A stretch of 64,000 nucleotides of DNA from Anthoceros angustus. Its lineage: Eukaryota > Plantae > Anthocerotophyta. Below the pieces are notes generated by a model, which was not told the origin of the DNA, did not search any database, and worked only from the letters and a program-made list of their open reading frames with translations. Position 1 is the first letter of the stretch, and every line of letters starts with the position of its first letter. Where the stretch lies: contig MU008158.1 in assembly GCA_010909165.1 (NCBI GenBank), forward strand, positions 3,187,478 through 3,251,477. Reading direction: 5' to 3'. The translations under genes and the position numbers were made by a program. Of this stretch, positions 13,668-25,700 are shown piece after piece.

Positions 13668-15065
13668 ATGGCGGGGGTTAGGTTTTGCAAGTCCAAGGAG
13701 TGTTTTACTTCATGGGCCATGACATATGTCCTATGACTAATCCGGAGCAAAATGTCCTTGGACTTGACTTGAGGGGAATCAAGTCCAAGGACGCTTTCCT
13801 TGCCCTCGTGTCGCTTATCTCGGTTTATCATGATCTAAAGATTACCAATTTTTATGTCCTTGGCTCTCACAAATCTCAGACACCCTCCACCCACAACTAT
13901 ATGCCGACGGCCCCTAGCTAGAAAAAATAATTTTATGACTTCTCCTACCGTAACTTCCTAGCGTAAACCCTTATGAACTCTAAAACTCTATATGATTTGA
14001 GATCACCTAGTGGTTCAACTTGTGCAATCTAGCTATCTTATCTCCACCGAGAAAGTTTATTATGGGAAACCTCCGACATATGTCAAGACTTTGGGGAAAG
14101 AGGATTCCTTGTATGATTTGGGATTGTTGGAGACATTTTCTATTGAAAAACTTGACAAATGAAGGTCAACGACACATAAATGGTCCTTGACCAATATGGG
14201 CAATATATTCTTATGTTCAAGTGTGTCGAATGTTTATATTTGTTGCAATAGAACTGGTTGATAATCGATAAAGGAGGATGTTTCCATTGGAGAACTTTTG
14301 TAATTCCAAAAACATCCACATATGATAGCACTCGAGCTGGCGGAGATGATTCCTTTGACCATGTTTGGGATTGGAGAAAGATGAACATTTTACCTCCGTC
14401 TGTGACTGTGCAAGTGTGGCACATGCACCCTCTTTGCAATCTTCACTTCTATTGGTGCTAGAATTTATTAAATATGGTACTCCTCCACTAGAACTGTCGG
14501 CAAGATTACATCGACAATTGGCAAGCCTAGGACCGAGGGACTTACAAAAGTTGGCTTATCACAAACTAATGACAAATATAGATCTTAACAAGAAGGCCCC
14601 GAACATACGAGCATACTATGCAAGTATGGTGGAGATATTGTAGATATAATGAAGTATGTGGAGAAACATGGAGTCGTTTTAGAGAAGAATTGTTCATACC
14701 ATCCGGATGGAAGTCATCAAAATCCTCCCAACCAGCGCAATATATTGTTGCACAAGGTTGGTTTCAAAGTCTTCAAGACTTGATCCAAAAATGAAAGAAT
14801 TTGTGAGATACACACCGTAGTGGTATCTCTTTGTGTGTGAAGATGGTGAGTTTGGCAACCATCCCGACCATGAAGCTCAAAACCTTATTCGCACGGGCTC
14901 CAAAGGACGCAGATGAAATGCATACAAAGGTGCTAATAGTAGGGTTTGATAACGATGCATGAATATTACGTAATGTGGGTGAAACATGGGGTGATAATGG
15001 GTATTTTAGGGTCAACTCGAGTAGTGCCCGGAATCTATGACCATGCATGTATACCTATTATTTAG
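13668..15065 (+). pseudogene. Papain-family (C1A) cysteine protease, copy 6
   Basis: Same motifs; TAG at 15063-15065. Confidence 0.78.
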
Positions 15066-15585
15066 GATTACGCTTATAAAAGATATAAAATTTACTTATG
15101 GGAATATTCAAGGTGAAGAATCTCCTAAAGGCTTAAGATTTTAGAATAGTATAGCTTTAAACTAGTTTAGTCGTTTCTTATCGAAGGTCACGGATCACGT
15201 GCCTTGTTGTTTGCGGTGGCATATCGTAGAAAAAGAGGAGCGGTCTCTATTCATTTTGGCTGCCTCGGTATGCATCCGCCAACGCAGACATGCAAAATCG
15301 CAGGCCGCCAGTGCAATTAATAATGATAGCATGTACGAAATGGGTGCTTTCCAAAATAGACTCTCTTTTCTTTCAAGACACCATACCATGATAAAGAAAC
15401 TCTCGAACCCAAGTATGTATAAACAAACAAATAAATAAATAAATTTTATTCTTTTAAATTAAAATTTTATTTATTTACAGATAATAATAATAATTATAAG
15501 TATAAATAAGTATATGAGTAAATTTTATTATTTAAACTTAAATTCTAATAATTTACAGATAATAATACCTATATCATAAGTCCAA

Positions 15586-16644
15586 TGTTTTCGAAGGATC
15601 AATGGGCCATTGGCACCATAGTTTGCTTGGGATGTACATCAACTAATCTAAACGCCGCCATTCTAGTGGAGTGCGCAATGGTCTTAGTGCTCTCCACAAC
15701 AAACCCCTTGTCTTGACCTCAGCAGGGCCTTGCACTCCTGCGATTCAATTTTGAGCTGACCATGGCTTCGACGGTGGCTTCATCCGCCATGGCGGCACTC
15801 GCTACATTTCGTTGCTTCTCGAGCACTATCTTCGAGGCCTTTAGCGAGCACGCCTTAAGTCGCCTTCATTGAGGTGATCTGCTAAAGAAGACAATGTCGA
15901 GTTTGATAAGCTGCATTGTCTTTTGCGGTAGGATCACTAACTTCAACTTTAGAACCGTGAGTAACATCAACCGTGCAAAGTGCATACAAATGAGCTTGTA
16001 GGTGCTGCTCTCATGTAGTGCATGTTATCATATGTATTGGAACCACCGGAGAAAGCAGCACACACCCTGTCACATTGTGCACACCGAGCCATCACATGAC
16101 ATGCTTCGTTCTTTCCCCTCTTCTCTTCCTTGGAATGCCATATACGATTATGTGATTAAAAGCATATAGAAGTTGCTAATGTGTGTATATAGTGTCATTA
16201 CAACAAAAGAAGCCCTGTTGTAATGAAACCAGACACTTTTGGTAATAGTGGCATTGCACCGTTACAAATAAGTTGAACTAGTTTGGGGGGCCGAGTTAGG
16301 TTAACCCGCACGGTGGTACACAACTAACTCATCGAAGGTGGGTAGGGCCCGCCTCTACGAAAGCTGGAGCCCTGAGAAGGTAGGGGCATGGTGGCACCCA
16401 AAAAGTTAGAGATGCATATGCGGAAGCGTCTTGCATCAAGCAGATGCTTTATTAACAATGAATATGTTTGGTTCATAGGTGGGCTTATAAAGGATGGTTA
16501 CGAGGGGGTGTTTAATGAAACACCCCCTCGAGGTTCATTAGCCTGCTAGTTAACTAACTACCAACTAGCTGAGTCTAGTTTGACTAATCCACATTGGGTT
16601 TGGTCTAGTCGACCTTAACCAACGCGGTATGCACTATTTCTAAC
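15586..16644 (-). mobile_element. Ty1/copia 3' LTR, copy 1 (~1.05 kb)
   Basis: On the minus strand a purine tract is followed by (G)TTAGAAATAG at 16644, ending ...CGAAAACA at 15586. It lies ~0.25 kb downstream of the copia RNase H C-terminus and is near-identical to 17391-18420. Confidence 0.7.
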
Positions 16645-17122
16645 TCTCCTCTCGACACGCTTGAGTTATCTGAGATCTCCGTAAAACAAAAGGAGACCGC
16701 TTGTTGTCGGAGTCTTGCAATGTGCTACAGTCTTCCCTCACCGTCCCAACTCAGTCGAACTCCTCGTGATCGAGATCGCTCACCAGCTCACGGAGTAGTA
16801 CATCTGCCAGGCTGCGGTATGCAAGTCGTCTGCAACAACCGCACAACATCAAGTGATGGAACAAAAGATGATAAGCCTCACCATATGAGTGACTTGTCTA
16901 GCGTCATGAAGCTACTACAGTCTACTAATCCAAGCCCTTTTCTGTGGAAGCAATGTTTAAACTTGGGCAAGAATTTAGTCAGCACATCTGCTTTGTTGTC
17001 GTCTGTTGGTACATACTGTACCTTTACTATCCCCCTTTCTGCAGCATCACGAATATAGTGATGTTGAATCTCTATGTGTTTCGTGCGTGCATGGAACACG
17101 GGGTTGGCAACTAAAGCAATTA
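16645..17122 (-). mobile_element. Ty1/copia RNase H C-terminus + PPT (duplicated fragment)
   Basis: NPVFHARTKHIEIQHHYIRD...QYVPTDDNKADVLTKFLP is the canonical copia RNase H end. Confidence 0.9.
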
Positions 17123-17390
17123 ATAATGATAGCATGTACGAAATGGGTGCTTTCCAAAATAGACTCTCTTTTTCTTTCTTTCAAGACACCATACCATGAT
17201 AAAGAAACTCTCGAACCCAAGTATGTATAAACAAACAAATAAATAAATAAATTTTATTCTTTTAAATTAAAATTTTATTATTTACAGATAATAATAATAA
17301 TTATAAGTATAAATAAGTATGAGTAAATTTTATTATTTAAACTTAAATTCTAATAATTTACAGATAATAATACCTATATCATAAGTCCAA

Positions 17391-18420
17391 TGTTTTCGAA
17401 GGATCAATGGGCCATTGGCACCATAGTTTGCTTGGGATGTACATCAACTAATCTAAACGCCGCCATTCTAGTGGAGTGCGCAATGGTCTTAGTGCTCCAC
17501 AACAAACCCCTTGTCTTGACCTCAGCAGGGCCTTGCACTCCTGCGATTCAATTTTGAGCTGACCATGGCTTCGACGGTGGCTTCATCCGCCATGGCGGCA
17601 CTCGCTACATTTCGTTGCTTCTCGAGCACTATCTTCTCGAGGCCTTTAGCGAGCACGCCTTAAGTCGCCTTCATTGAGGTGATCTGCTAAAGAAGACAAT
17701 GTCGAGTTTGATAAGCTGCATTGTCTTTTGCGGTAGGATCACTAACTTCAACTTTAGAACCGTGAGTAACATCAACTGCAAAGTGCATACAAATGAGCTT
17801 GTAGGTGCTGCTCTCATGTAGTGCATGTTATCATATGTATTGGAACCACCGGAGAAAGCAAAGACACACCGCCACATCAGGCACACCGAGCCATCACATG
17901 ACATGCTTGCTCTTTCCCTCTTCCTTGGAATGCCATATACGATTATGTGATTAAAAGCATATAGAAGTTGCTAATGTGTGTATATAGTGTCATTACAACA
18001 AAAGAAGCCTGTTGTAATGAAACCGGACACTTTGGTAATAGTGGCATTGCGTTACAAATAAGTTGAACTAGTTTGGGGCCGAGTTAGGTTAACCCGCACG
18101 GTGGTACACAACTAACTCATCGGGGTAGGGCCCGCCTCACGAAAAGCCGGAGCCCGAGAAGGTAGGGGCATGGTGGCACCCAAAAGTTAGAGATGCATAT
18201 GAAGGCGTCTTGCATCAAGATGCTTTATTAACAATGAATATGTTTGGTTCATAGGTGGGCTTATAAAGGATGGTTACGAGGGGGTGTTTAATGAAACACC
18301 CCCTCGAGGTTCATTAGCCTGCTAGTTAACTAACTACCAACTAGCTGAGTCTAGTTTGACTAATCCACATTGGGTTTGGTCTAGTCGACCTTAACCAACG
18401 CGGTATGCACTATTTCTAAC
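17391..18420 (-). mobile_element. Ty1/copia 3' LTR, copy 2 (~1.03 kb)
   Basis: PPT GAGAGGGAGA (minus strand, 18421-18430) abuts GTTAGAAATAG. The other end is ...AACA (plus strand tgtt at 17391). TATATA-like box near 17981-17986. Confidence 0.75.
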
Positions 18421-19055
18421 TCTCCCTCTCAGACACGTTGAGTTATCTGAGATCTCCGTAAAACAAAAGGAGACCGCTTGTTGTCGGAGTCTTGCAATGT
18501 GCTGCCTCTTCCTCGCCGTCCCAACTGATCGAACTCCCTCAAGATCGAGAGGCTCACCGCTCACGGAGTAGTACATCGCCAGGCTTGTGGCGTAAGCGTC
18601 GTCATGCAACAATCGTCCAACATCAAGTGATGGAACAAAAGATGATAAGCCTCACCATATGAGTGACTTGTCTAGCGTCATGAAGCTACTACAGTCTACT
18701 AATCCAAGCCCTTTTCGTGGAAGCAATGTTTAAACTTGGCAGAATTTAGTCAAGACATCCGCTTGTTGTCGTCTGCTGGTACACACTGCCTTTACTATCC
18801 CCTTCGCAAAGATAATATAGTGATGTTGAATCTCTATGTGTTTCGTGCGTGCATGGAACACGGGGTTGGCAACTAAAGCAATTACTGACATATTATCACT
18901 AGTTAAGTATTGTTGGCCCTTCCTGCAACATACCCAGATCCTCACATAGCTTCTTTTCCATTCAGCCTCTTTCGTGGCTTTATTGAGAGCCTTGTACTCC
19001 AATTCTGTTGATGAAAGTGATATGGCTGCTTGTTTTCTACAAGACCAATATGGAA
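18421..19055 (-). mobile_element. Ty1/copia RNase H region, 5' truncated
   Basis: WSCRKQAAISLSSTELEY...DNMSVIALVANPVFHARTKHIEIQHHY...ADVLTK (ORF 18730-19074). Confidence 0.92.
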
Positions 19056-19257
19056 TACCGAATTTTGGGTCCACGGTTAGAAAAGAGGCGGATGCCTCCT
19101 AGTTTTGTTCATATTAGTTAGGTTTCATTTTTCTTTTTTTCTTTTCTTACCAAGAGATTGCTGACGGGAAGGTAGCAACGAGAAGTTGCCGGACGAGAAG
19201 CGGGAGGACATGATGACAGTCTCCCGACGGGATGGACGGAACGGAGAGGAACCGGAC

Positions 19258-19332
19258 CTGAGGAAAGGTCCAACGGCTAGTCCGGATGGAGGACACGAGG
19301 AAAGGTCCAACGGCTAGTCCGGATGGAGGACC
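19258..19332. repeat. Direct repeat, 37-bp period (gaggaaaggtccaacggctagtccggatggagga x2), within a possible LTR-like segment 19051-19818
   Basis: Two identical 34-bp copies at ~19260 and ~19297. Confidence 0.75.
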
Positions 19333-19859
19333 TGAGGTCGGAAAACTTACGCGAGGAGGCACCAAATCAAACTCAAGTACCGAGGGCCTGACTGACTGAA
19401 AATGTCGGCCAGACATTTCCTGCGTAGTCCGCCACTCTCCACATGCAACGGGAGTAAGTCCCTACTCCGCCTGAAAGACGCGTACGCGAGGAGGAGATTT
19501 TCGCGCTGAGGTGCCACCGCCATCCCTTGGCGATTTGTGAGGACGATCAGGCGCAAGAGGAGACTGGAGCGACCGCATGCAAGGCATATATAGGAGAATT
19601 CTCCTTGGCGCTCGGAGGTATGGAAAATCGGGCGTCGTCCTTGGCCTTCGGCGAATTTTGGACGAGCTAAAGATTGGACGGCGGCAAGCGGTCTTAGGGT
19701 TGCAACGTGGCAGTGGACTGACCCCCTTGTTTTGAAAGAAAAAGCCGAACAAGAATGGGACTTTAGGTTTTTGCCACGTACTTGTAATCTACAAGCTCAA
19801 ATAACGTGTATCAAAACAATTATTCAAAAGGTTGCGGGTGACATGTTTGCAGAGAAATA

Positions 19860-21330
19860 CCAAAAAGGCTGATTATAGTGCGGATTTTTTCAAGTGCAAA
19901 AAGGGGTCCGGCCACGTCCGTGTGCAACAAGGGGTTTCAGGAGAAACCCCTTTCTACACATACACTGCTTAGTGTCAATTTGGCAAGTCAGGTCATGCAA
20001 GCACCATGTTATGAGGAGCCTACAGTAAATGTTTTCGAAGACGGGCCCCAAGTACGGTGCCCAAAACAGGGTGTGCGGTCCATGGACACTAGCTGGGCAG
20101 AGATTACAGGAATGGTCCATAAGTGGCCTCAATTAGAAAACCATGTTGCTGCTATGATGAGACACTTAGCAAGACAGGTCGAAGGTTTGGGAGCTGATCT
20201 TGACCTTCACCAGCTGCATCGAACACCAATTTTGGAACATGATCCGACACATACAGACAATTCTTTGAAACGAAAAAGGCCCTTTTGGAAAACGGGAGCT
20301 AGTCGAGGGAGAGCGAGAAGCGCCCCAAGATCACAAATTGAAGTTCCGGCAGTTCAAACATGGAAACTGCCTGTAGTACCTAGACCTGATAACTTTGTCC
20401 AATTAGCAGTAGGGTTGAAAGCGGATACAGATGTGTTGGCCGAAATGTGACAATTTTGTTTGAGCTCAAACGTAGCAATTTTGTTTCAGCTCCTCGAAAC
20501 CCACAGTTGACATCTTAATTGTTGGGCACTCCGTGCTACATTACAAGGAGAATGAAGGCCACAATCCCTAGCATGATACTAAGAATCACAGTCAAAACTG
20601 GAGGTGGAATAGAAACAAAAACAATGCCCCCAATTGCTGACAAAATAGAGCACAAAATCACAATTGCAGCTGTGGGAATGTCCCGTGGACTTGTCAACTT
20701 GCTGGACTGAGTTTGTTGGCTTCCTGAATCATAGCTATCATAATCATTGGGCTGGTAAGGAGTATGCAACACGCTACGCCGTGGGAGAGTTACAAGTGAA
20801 TCCCTTAAGCAGTCTGGAAACAACTCCTGGATGAAGGGCGCATCTGCCCGGTCAATGATCAAGGAAGTCTAGTGCCTATCACTGGGTGCTTGGAGCGAGA
20901 ACATGCAATTGAAATGCTATCCCTACCATACAATCTAAGATTGGCCTCTCCTTCCCTTGCAGTTGTAAGGAACTGAACTCTTCGGGGTGTACTCGCAGCT
21001 TATCTCGAGCTCCCCTGAATGCAGTTGCCATGTACTGCGCTGTAGAATTTGCAACCAATAGCTCCAATCGATAGAGAAGCTGACCAACAGTTTCCTTCCC
21101 GCATTTTTTGCACTAGCTTCCCTTTCGCAAGGTTGTGCTGCAAGTTTGGCAAGCTTGGTATAGTTTGAATCCCGTCCTTTTATATCCGAGCACCTGCACA
21201 CGAAGGGGGACATTGCTGAAAGGCACAGGGTCGTCCTTCATGACCTCGTCGATAAGATCTCGCAGACACAAGGGATGTGTGATCTTCAATGGCCATTCTA
21301 CTGTCCCGCCCGCACTCACGCACTTCGAAG
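19860..21330. mobile_element. Degenerate MULE-like remnant: SWIM-like transposase C-terminus (+, to 20450) convergent with a Ulp1/C48-like protease pseudogene (-, ~20536-21300)
   Basis: Plus strand SVCNKGFQEKPLSTH resembles SWIM CxC...CKH. Minus strand reads H*TSLIID (CAC TAG, probably HW at 20869-20874), RDSL and PYQPNDYDS, resembling Ulp1 HW..D, DSL and PxQxNxxDCG. Confidence 0.4.
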
Positions 21331-22156
21331 AGAGTTCGTGACACGTGAATACGCAAGGAGCATACCCACGGACGGGATTACGGGCGCGGCTTTTGGCAAA
21401 CTTGTGATTAGGGCACGCTTTGCTTCGAGTTTGAAATGGAACTTAAGCCGGCGTTGAAAAGGATTCCATGGCGCTCTCCATGTTACACAACCCGGTGCCG
21501 GGAGCCGCGGGTTGCCGCATAGGATACGGGATGCGCTCATACGCAGATTCATACGTGCATGGTCCTATGGACATGGCATGGCAGTCATGCCACAAGGGAG
21601 GCCGGAGCGGTGGGGCCCACCACCTCGGGAGGAGTGCGCCTTTACTTTGCAGGGAGGATTAGCCTACGGCGAAGCATGTTTCTTTTTAAGGCTACATCTA
21701 TATGCTCTTTGCCTTTTTGGAAGACCTTCATACGAAGGAAGGTCATAGAATAATTTGAGGATGATACAGGTCATGTAGACAACATACATGCTTTATAACT
21801 AGAGGGCCCAATCTTTTATTCCACAATCATCTAACGAAGGCCACCTAAGTTTTACTAGAGGAAGAAGACCCAAATATCCAAGTAAATGATGCCATGCTAC
21901 ATACTTTATTAGCTCCCCGATCTAGAGGCCCTTTTAAAATGCTTCATAATCTTTGAGCATTGTCGGGTAGATCAATTTTTAGCTAACAAAATATATAAAG
22001 ATTTAATGTGTGAAGTTTGATCAAACCAATTTTTTTCTCCTATGTCTATATGTCTTCCCAATCTTTGGTCATGAACCATCCAACTTTGCTTTTCTTTTTC
22101 TACGAAGCTCTATAAAACTTCCTATACGAATAATTACCTACAGAGTAAAATCCTTT

Positions 22157-22248
22157 TTCAATCTTCTTTGTTCCAACCCCTCATCCCGTCTTCAATCTCC
22201 TTTGTTCTAACCCCTCATCCTTCTTCAATCTCCTTTGTTCCAACCCCT
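22157..22248. repeat. ~34-bp tandem repeat x2.7
   Basis: ttcaatcYYctttgttcYaacccctcatcc repeated. Confidence 0.75.
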
Positions 22249-23510
22249 CCCCTCCGCAGTTCCCAAAAGCAGCATCGCCCCTCTAATGATACGATTCTTG
22301 GTTTCATAACAAATTTAAAATTAAAAAAATCATCGTGAAAAGGGGTTCACAATTGAAAGGCACATGGCTAAGTTTACTCCGAGGACGGACACATCGGCAA
22401 GGTCGATATAGGATAATTCGCCATGTATGTACACTGTCACTTGTAAAAGGGCGGTGCCCATTCTGCCGATAATCCCTCGGCCTGCGGAAAGCGAACCAAA
22501 AAAATGTGTTCCCGCTTCGGGTAGTTGCAAGACCGTTTCAATTTTTGGTGACGGCAGCCCCACCGCTAGGTCGTTCTTAGCCGACGCAAAGCAGTTAGGG
22601 CACGCTCAACACCTCGCGATTTGCGGATGTCATAAATACATTCTGGGACGTGTGGCCGACCAGGGTTTCGGTTACTTGAGTTCGCAGCGTAGCGCAGTGG
22701 CTGTAGTCTGCCGCTGTGTTGCCTAGTTGTTGGATGGCTCTTCGCCGGAGTCTTGTTCCCACGTCCTGCAACCCTACATGGCTCTTTTCATCCTCCATCC
22801 CTGCATGGTGGTAAGCGGCGTTGTCGTCGCTGTGCCCTTGCGCGTCGGAAGACGGGGGGCACTCAAGCACCAGCTAACTGCGATGCGATTGTGCTTTTTG
22901 TGCCTGGCTTGCGAGTTTGCACTCTCCTCTCTCGTGCCTGTCTGATATGTTTCAGCACATGCCAACCGGAGATTTGCTAGATCAAGGAGGCGAGTGGGCA
23001 GTTAGGTCAGCAATCCATGCTGTCGCTAACAATCACGAGCCCTACATCTTGCCTGCTCCCCTTGCTGGCGTGCTTGTGTTCCTCTCGTTGGTGTCTTTTA
23101 CCTACAGGATATCTGTGCCGTATGTGGGAAGTATATTTTCTTGAAAGGTTGGATAGTTACGCTTCGTTATGGCTGTGCTCCGTCGCTGGAGCAACTTTCT
23201 CCCCCGCTGCTGGTCCGTTTGCAGCTTCTCGCCATGAGACTTCCACGTCTTTCAAAAGAATTTGATTTTTCACGAGACACGCTTTTGCCTGTCGGTGTGG
23301 CCCATCTGAGGTTGTCCAGCGTCATATTCACAAAGATCACAGCACTCCTAAAGAAGGCGCTCAAATTACAAACAAGGAATGGTACACTGTAGAACAAGGA
23401 ATCCGTTAAATTGAGGAACAATTCGTCTCTAGGCCGATCACGAGACAAGTGTAGGTCGACACTCCGAAACGGTAAGGAGGGAACGAGCCCCTGAAGAAGG
23501 AACGGGAACT

Positions 23511-25700
23511 TCACTCTGCGTGTGCGCCCCGTCGCAACGAAAACAGCTGGGCAAAGAGAAGGAAAGATGGCAACACTCAACAATTGAACATTGTAACATG
23601 AACCACAGGCAACTACCTGAACGAAAAAGACAAACACGTTGTCCTTGAACACGAAGCGAATCACCACCCGATAAAAAGCTTCTTCACAACTCATACCTGA
23701 CGGGCACCTTGCATCAGTCGTCTGCTGTCACGAGAGCTTTCCGAGAGTATACTCCCCGTGGCTTGTGCATCGGCTGCTGCTGGAGGAGTGGGTCTCGAAT
23801 CCCCCCTGTCGGCAGGAGGGGTCACTTTCTCCCTCCTCTTCCTCTTCACAGCTAATGGCTTTGTCGCTGCTCTATTCTCAAGCTCCTGCTCAGCGACATT
23901 TGCTAGCAATATTTCACCTGACACTTGTCCAGCCTCGGATTCAGCCACGACAGACTTCGTCACCTTTCCACCGGTTATGGTGTTGGCCCCTCCATGTTCC
24001 CCTGCCTGTCGTAGCAATGGAGATGTGGCTCTCCACTCAGGCCTGTCAGCTTCTCCATCGTTCACAAGAACATTTCCATAGCCCTCGTCATCCTGCTCTG
24101 AACACAGTAAATTGCTGTATTGCTGCCTAGCTGCGTGAGCTGTGGACTGAGGCCCTCCGTTGTTGGAAATCCCAAACTTTTCACCATGGTAGTTGATGCC
24201 AGGTTCTCTACACTCAAGGATGCTCTCATCCTGAGCCAGATTAGAGCTGTCCCCAACCCCTGTCTTGTGTGGATCAACAGGACGCGTGTCACCACAAGTG
24301 CCGAGGTCATCCCTGAGGGCTCTCAAGCCCAAATCTCTGGTCGCTTGACCTCCTAAGCAGGAAGCCCCTCCCTGTGTGGCACCTCTGTTCATCCAGGATC
24401 CAGAAGCTTCTATGTCCATGTCAAAATGTCCATTCCTCAATTGCTCAGCTTTATCATGGGCATGAAAAATGGGAGCTGTGCTTTTCGATCTCACCCTGCT
24501 TTCATGTTCACTCCCTGAGTTCCCAATCCCATTCCCCTCCCATTTCCGTCTCTTCCAAGGCTGTACATCAGCATCCCTCAATGCATTAGAATCGGCAGTG
24601 GTCATGTGAGTTCCAGCTTGTTTGCTGGGTTGATCCGTCATCTGCTCCTGTAACTGCTTATCTGAAAGAAAAATGGGAACTCCATCAGTCACAAAAAAAC
24701 ACAATACTGAAAGAGGCACACACACAAGGAGTTCACACCTTAAACCACTGGTACTGACCTTGCATGTCTTGAGCAGCACTTGTAGAAGTAGAAGCCCTGG
24801 CTCTCCCTCCTCGTTTCCTTCGATCCAAACCTTCACTTGCACTTGCCGGTGTCGAAGTCTTCACACAGTCTCCATCTTCTAGCTGGACTCGCTTCTGCAG
24901 CTCCTCTACCATGTCCGACTTCCGTTTCAATTCAACCTTCATCCGCTTGATGGTCTCTTGGGCACTAAGAAGCTTAGCCTCAGCTTCCTGGGCTCTCCTC
25001 CTCTCAATCAGATACTTGCGTTCACCAAATGCTCCCTGTCGCACGACATCAAAACTGAGTGCCCCGTTTGCAAAATGATGCATCGCAAAATCACGTGCAC
25101 ATAACACACCATAACACCAGGCTGTGCTTTACCTGCTGATTGGCAGCATACCGCAACCGAAGTAGCATATTAAGGGCCTCTGACCTGGTGTTCTTCAACT
25201 CCTGCTCCAACACCGCAGCCTTTCGCTTTGCTGCTACAATATGGATAGCAGCCTCCCTCCCCAGATGATCAATGATATCCTTACCTGCCTGTTCCAACGC
25301 ATCCAACAGCTTAACCTCCATGGCTTCAGACATGTGCTGCAGCGCGTTACGTAACCGCATCTCCACCTTCTGAACCGTCTCCGCTCCATCGGGGATCTGC
25401 AGATTTCTCTACAATCATAAAACTGGCAATACTAACCAACCCACTACCCTTCCTCCACACCCACACAGAATACTAACCAAACAGGCATACCTCCTCTGAA
25501 AACCCATGACAGCTGTGCGGGGCCATGTGAGAGTGAGCATCCGAGGACACCACGCACGACGGATCCTCCCCGAGCTCCACGTCCTGAGCAGGCACGGCGT
25601 CACCCTCACCCTTCCCACCACCCAATCCACCTTCCTCACTCGAAGGCGACCTGAGGTTCGTCATGGCGCCCCCTGAGCCGCAATTTTCCGCGATGGCCAT
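23511..25700 (-). CDS. Conserved plant coiled-coil protein, At1g19010/At1g74860 family (5 exons)
   Basis: Exons approx 25700(or 25664)-25491, 25397-25133, 25036-24759, 24662-23697 and 23546-23511 with GT-AG borders. Motifs DIIDHLGREAAIHIVAAKRKA..ELKNTRSEALNMLLRL and C-terminal ESSRDSRRLMQGARQ|LFSL match the family signature ESSRDSRRLAQVARQLISL (recalled, not searched). Confidence 0.75.

Larger units (their letters stand above)
1..16059 (+). repeat. Head-to-tail tandem array of ~3.06 kb unit (papain-like protease gene + AT-rich 3' flank + partial copia LTR); at least 6 protease copies, open at the window start
   Basis: The junction 'gac|attaagatgtgtgtcttaat' recurs at 1932, 4987, 8048, 11127 and 12973. 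'attgttggagacattttc' recurs at 1, 3063, 6119, 9188 and 14123. Unit 11127-12972 is ~1.2 kb shorter. The array exits at ~16059 into the rest of the LTR. Confidence 0.95.

Noticed and set aside
15586-18420. Intact small LTR element (TRIM) bounded by two LTRs
   Set aside because: There is no PBS. The interval contains host flank joined at a microhomology, so it is a tandem duplication of one 3' LTR.
22727-23265. ATG10 (FILHPC motif)
   Set aside because: Upstream ATG10 motifs (Y..SY.VPVLYF) are absent and the splice phases do not give a coherent protein.
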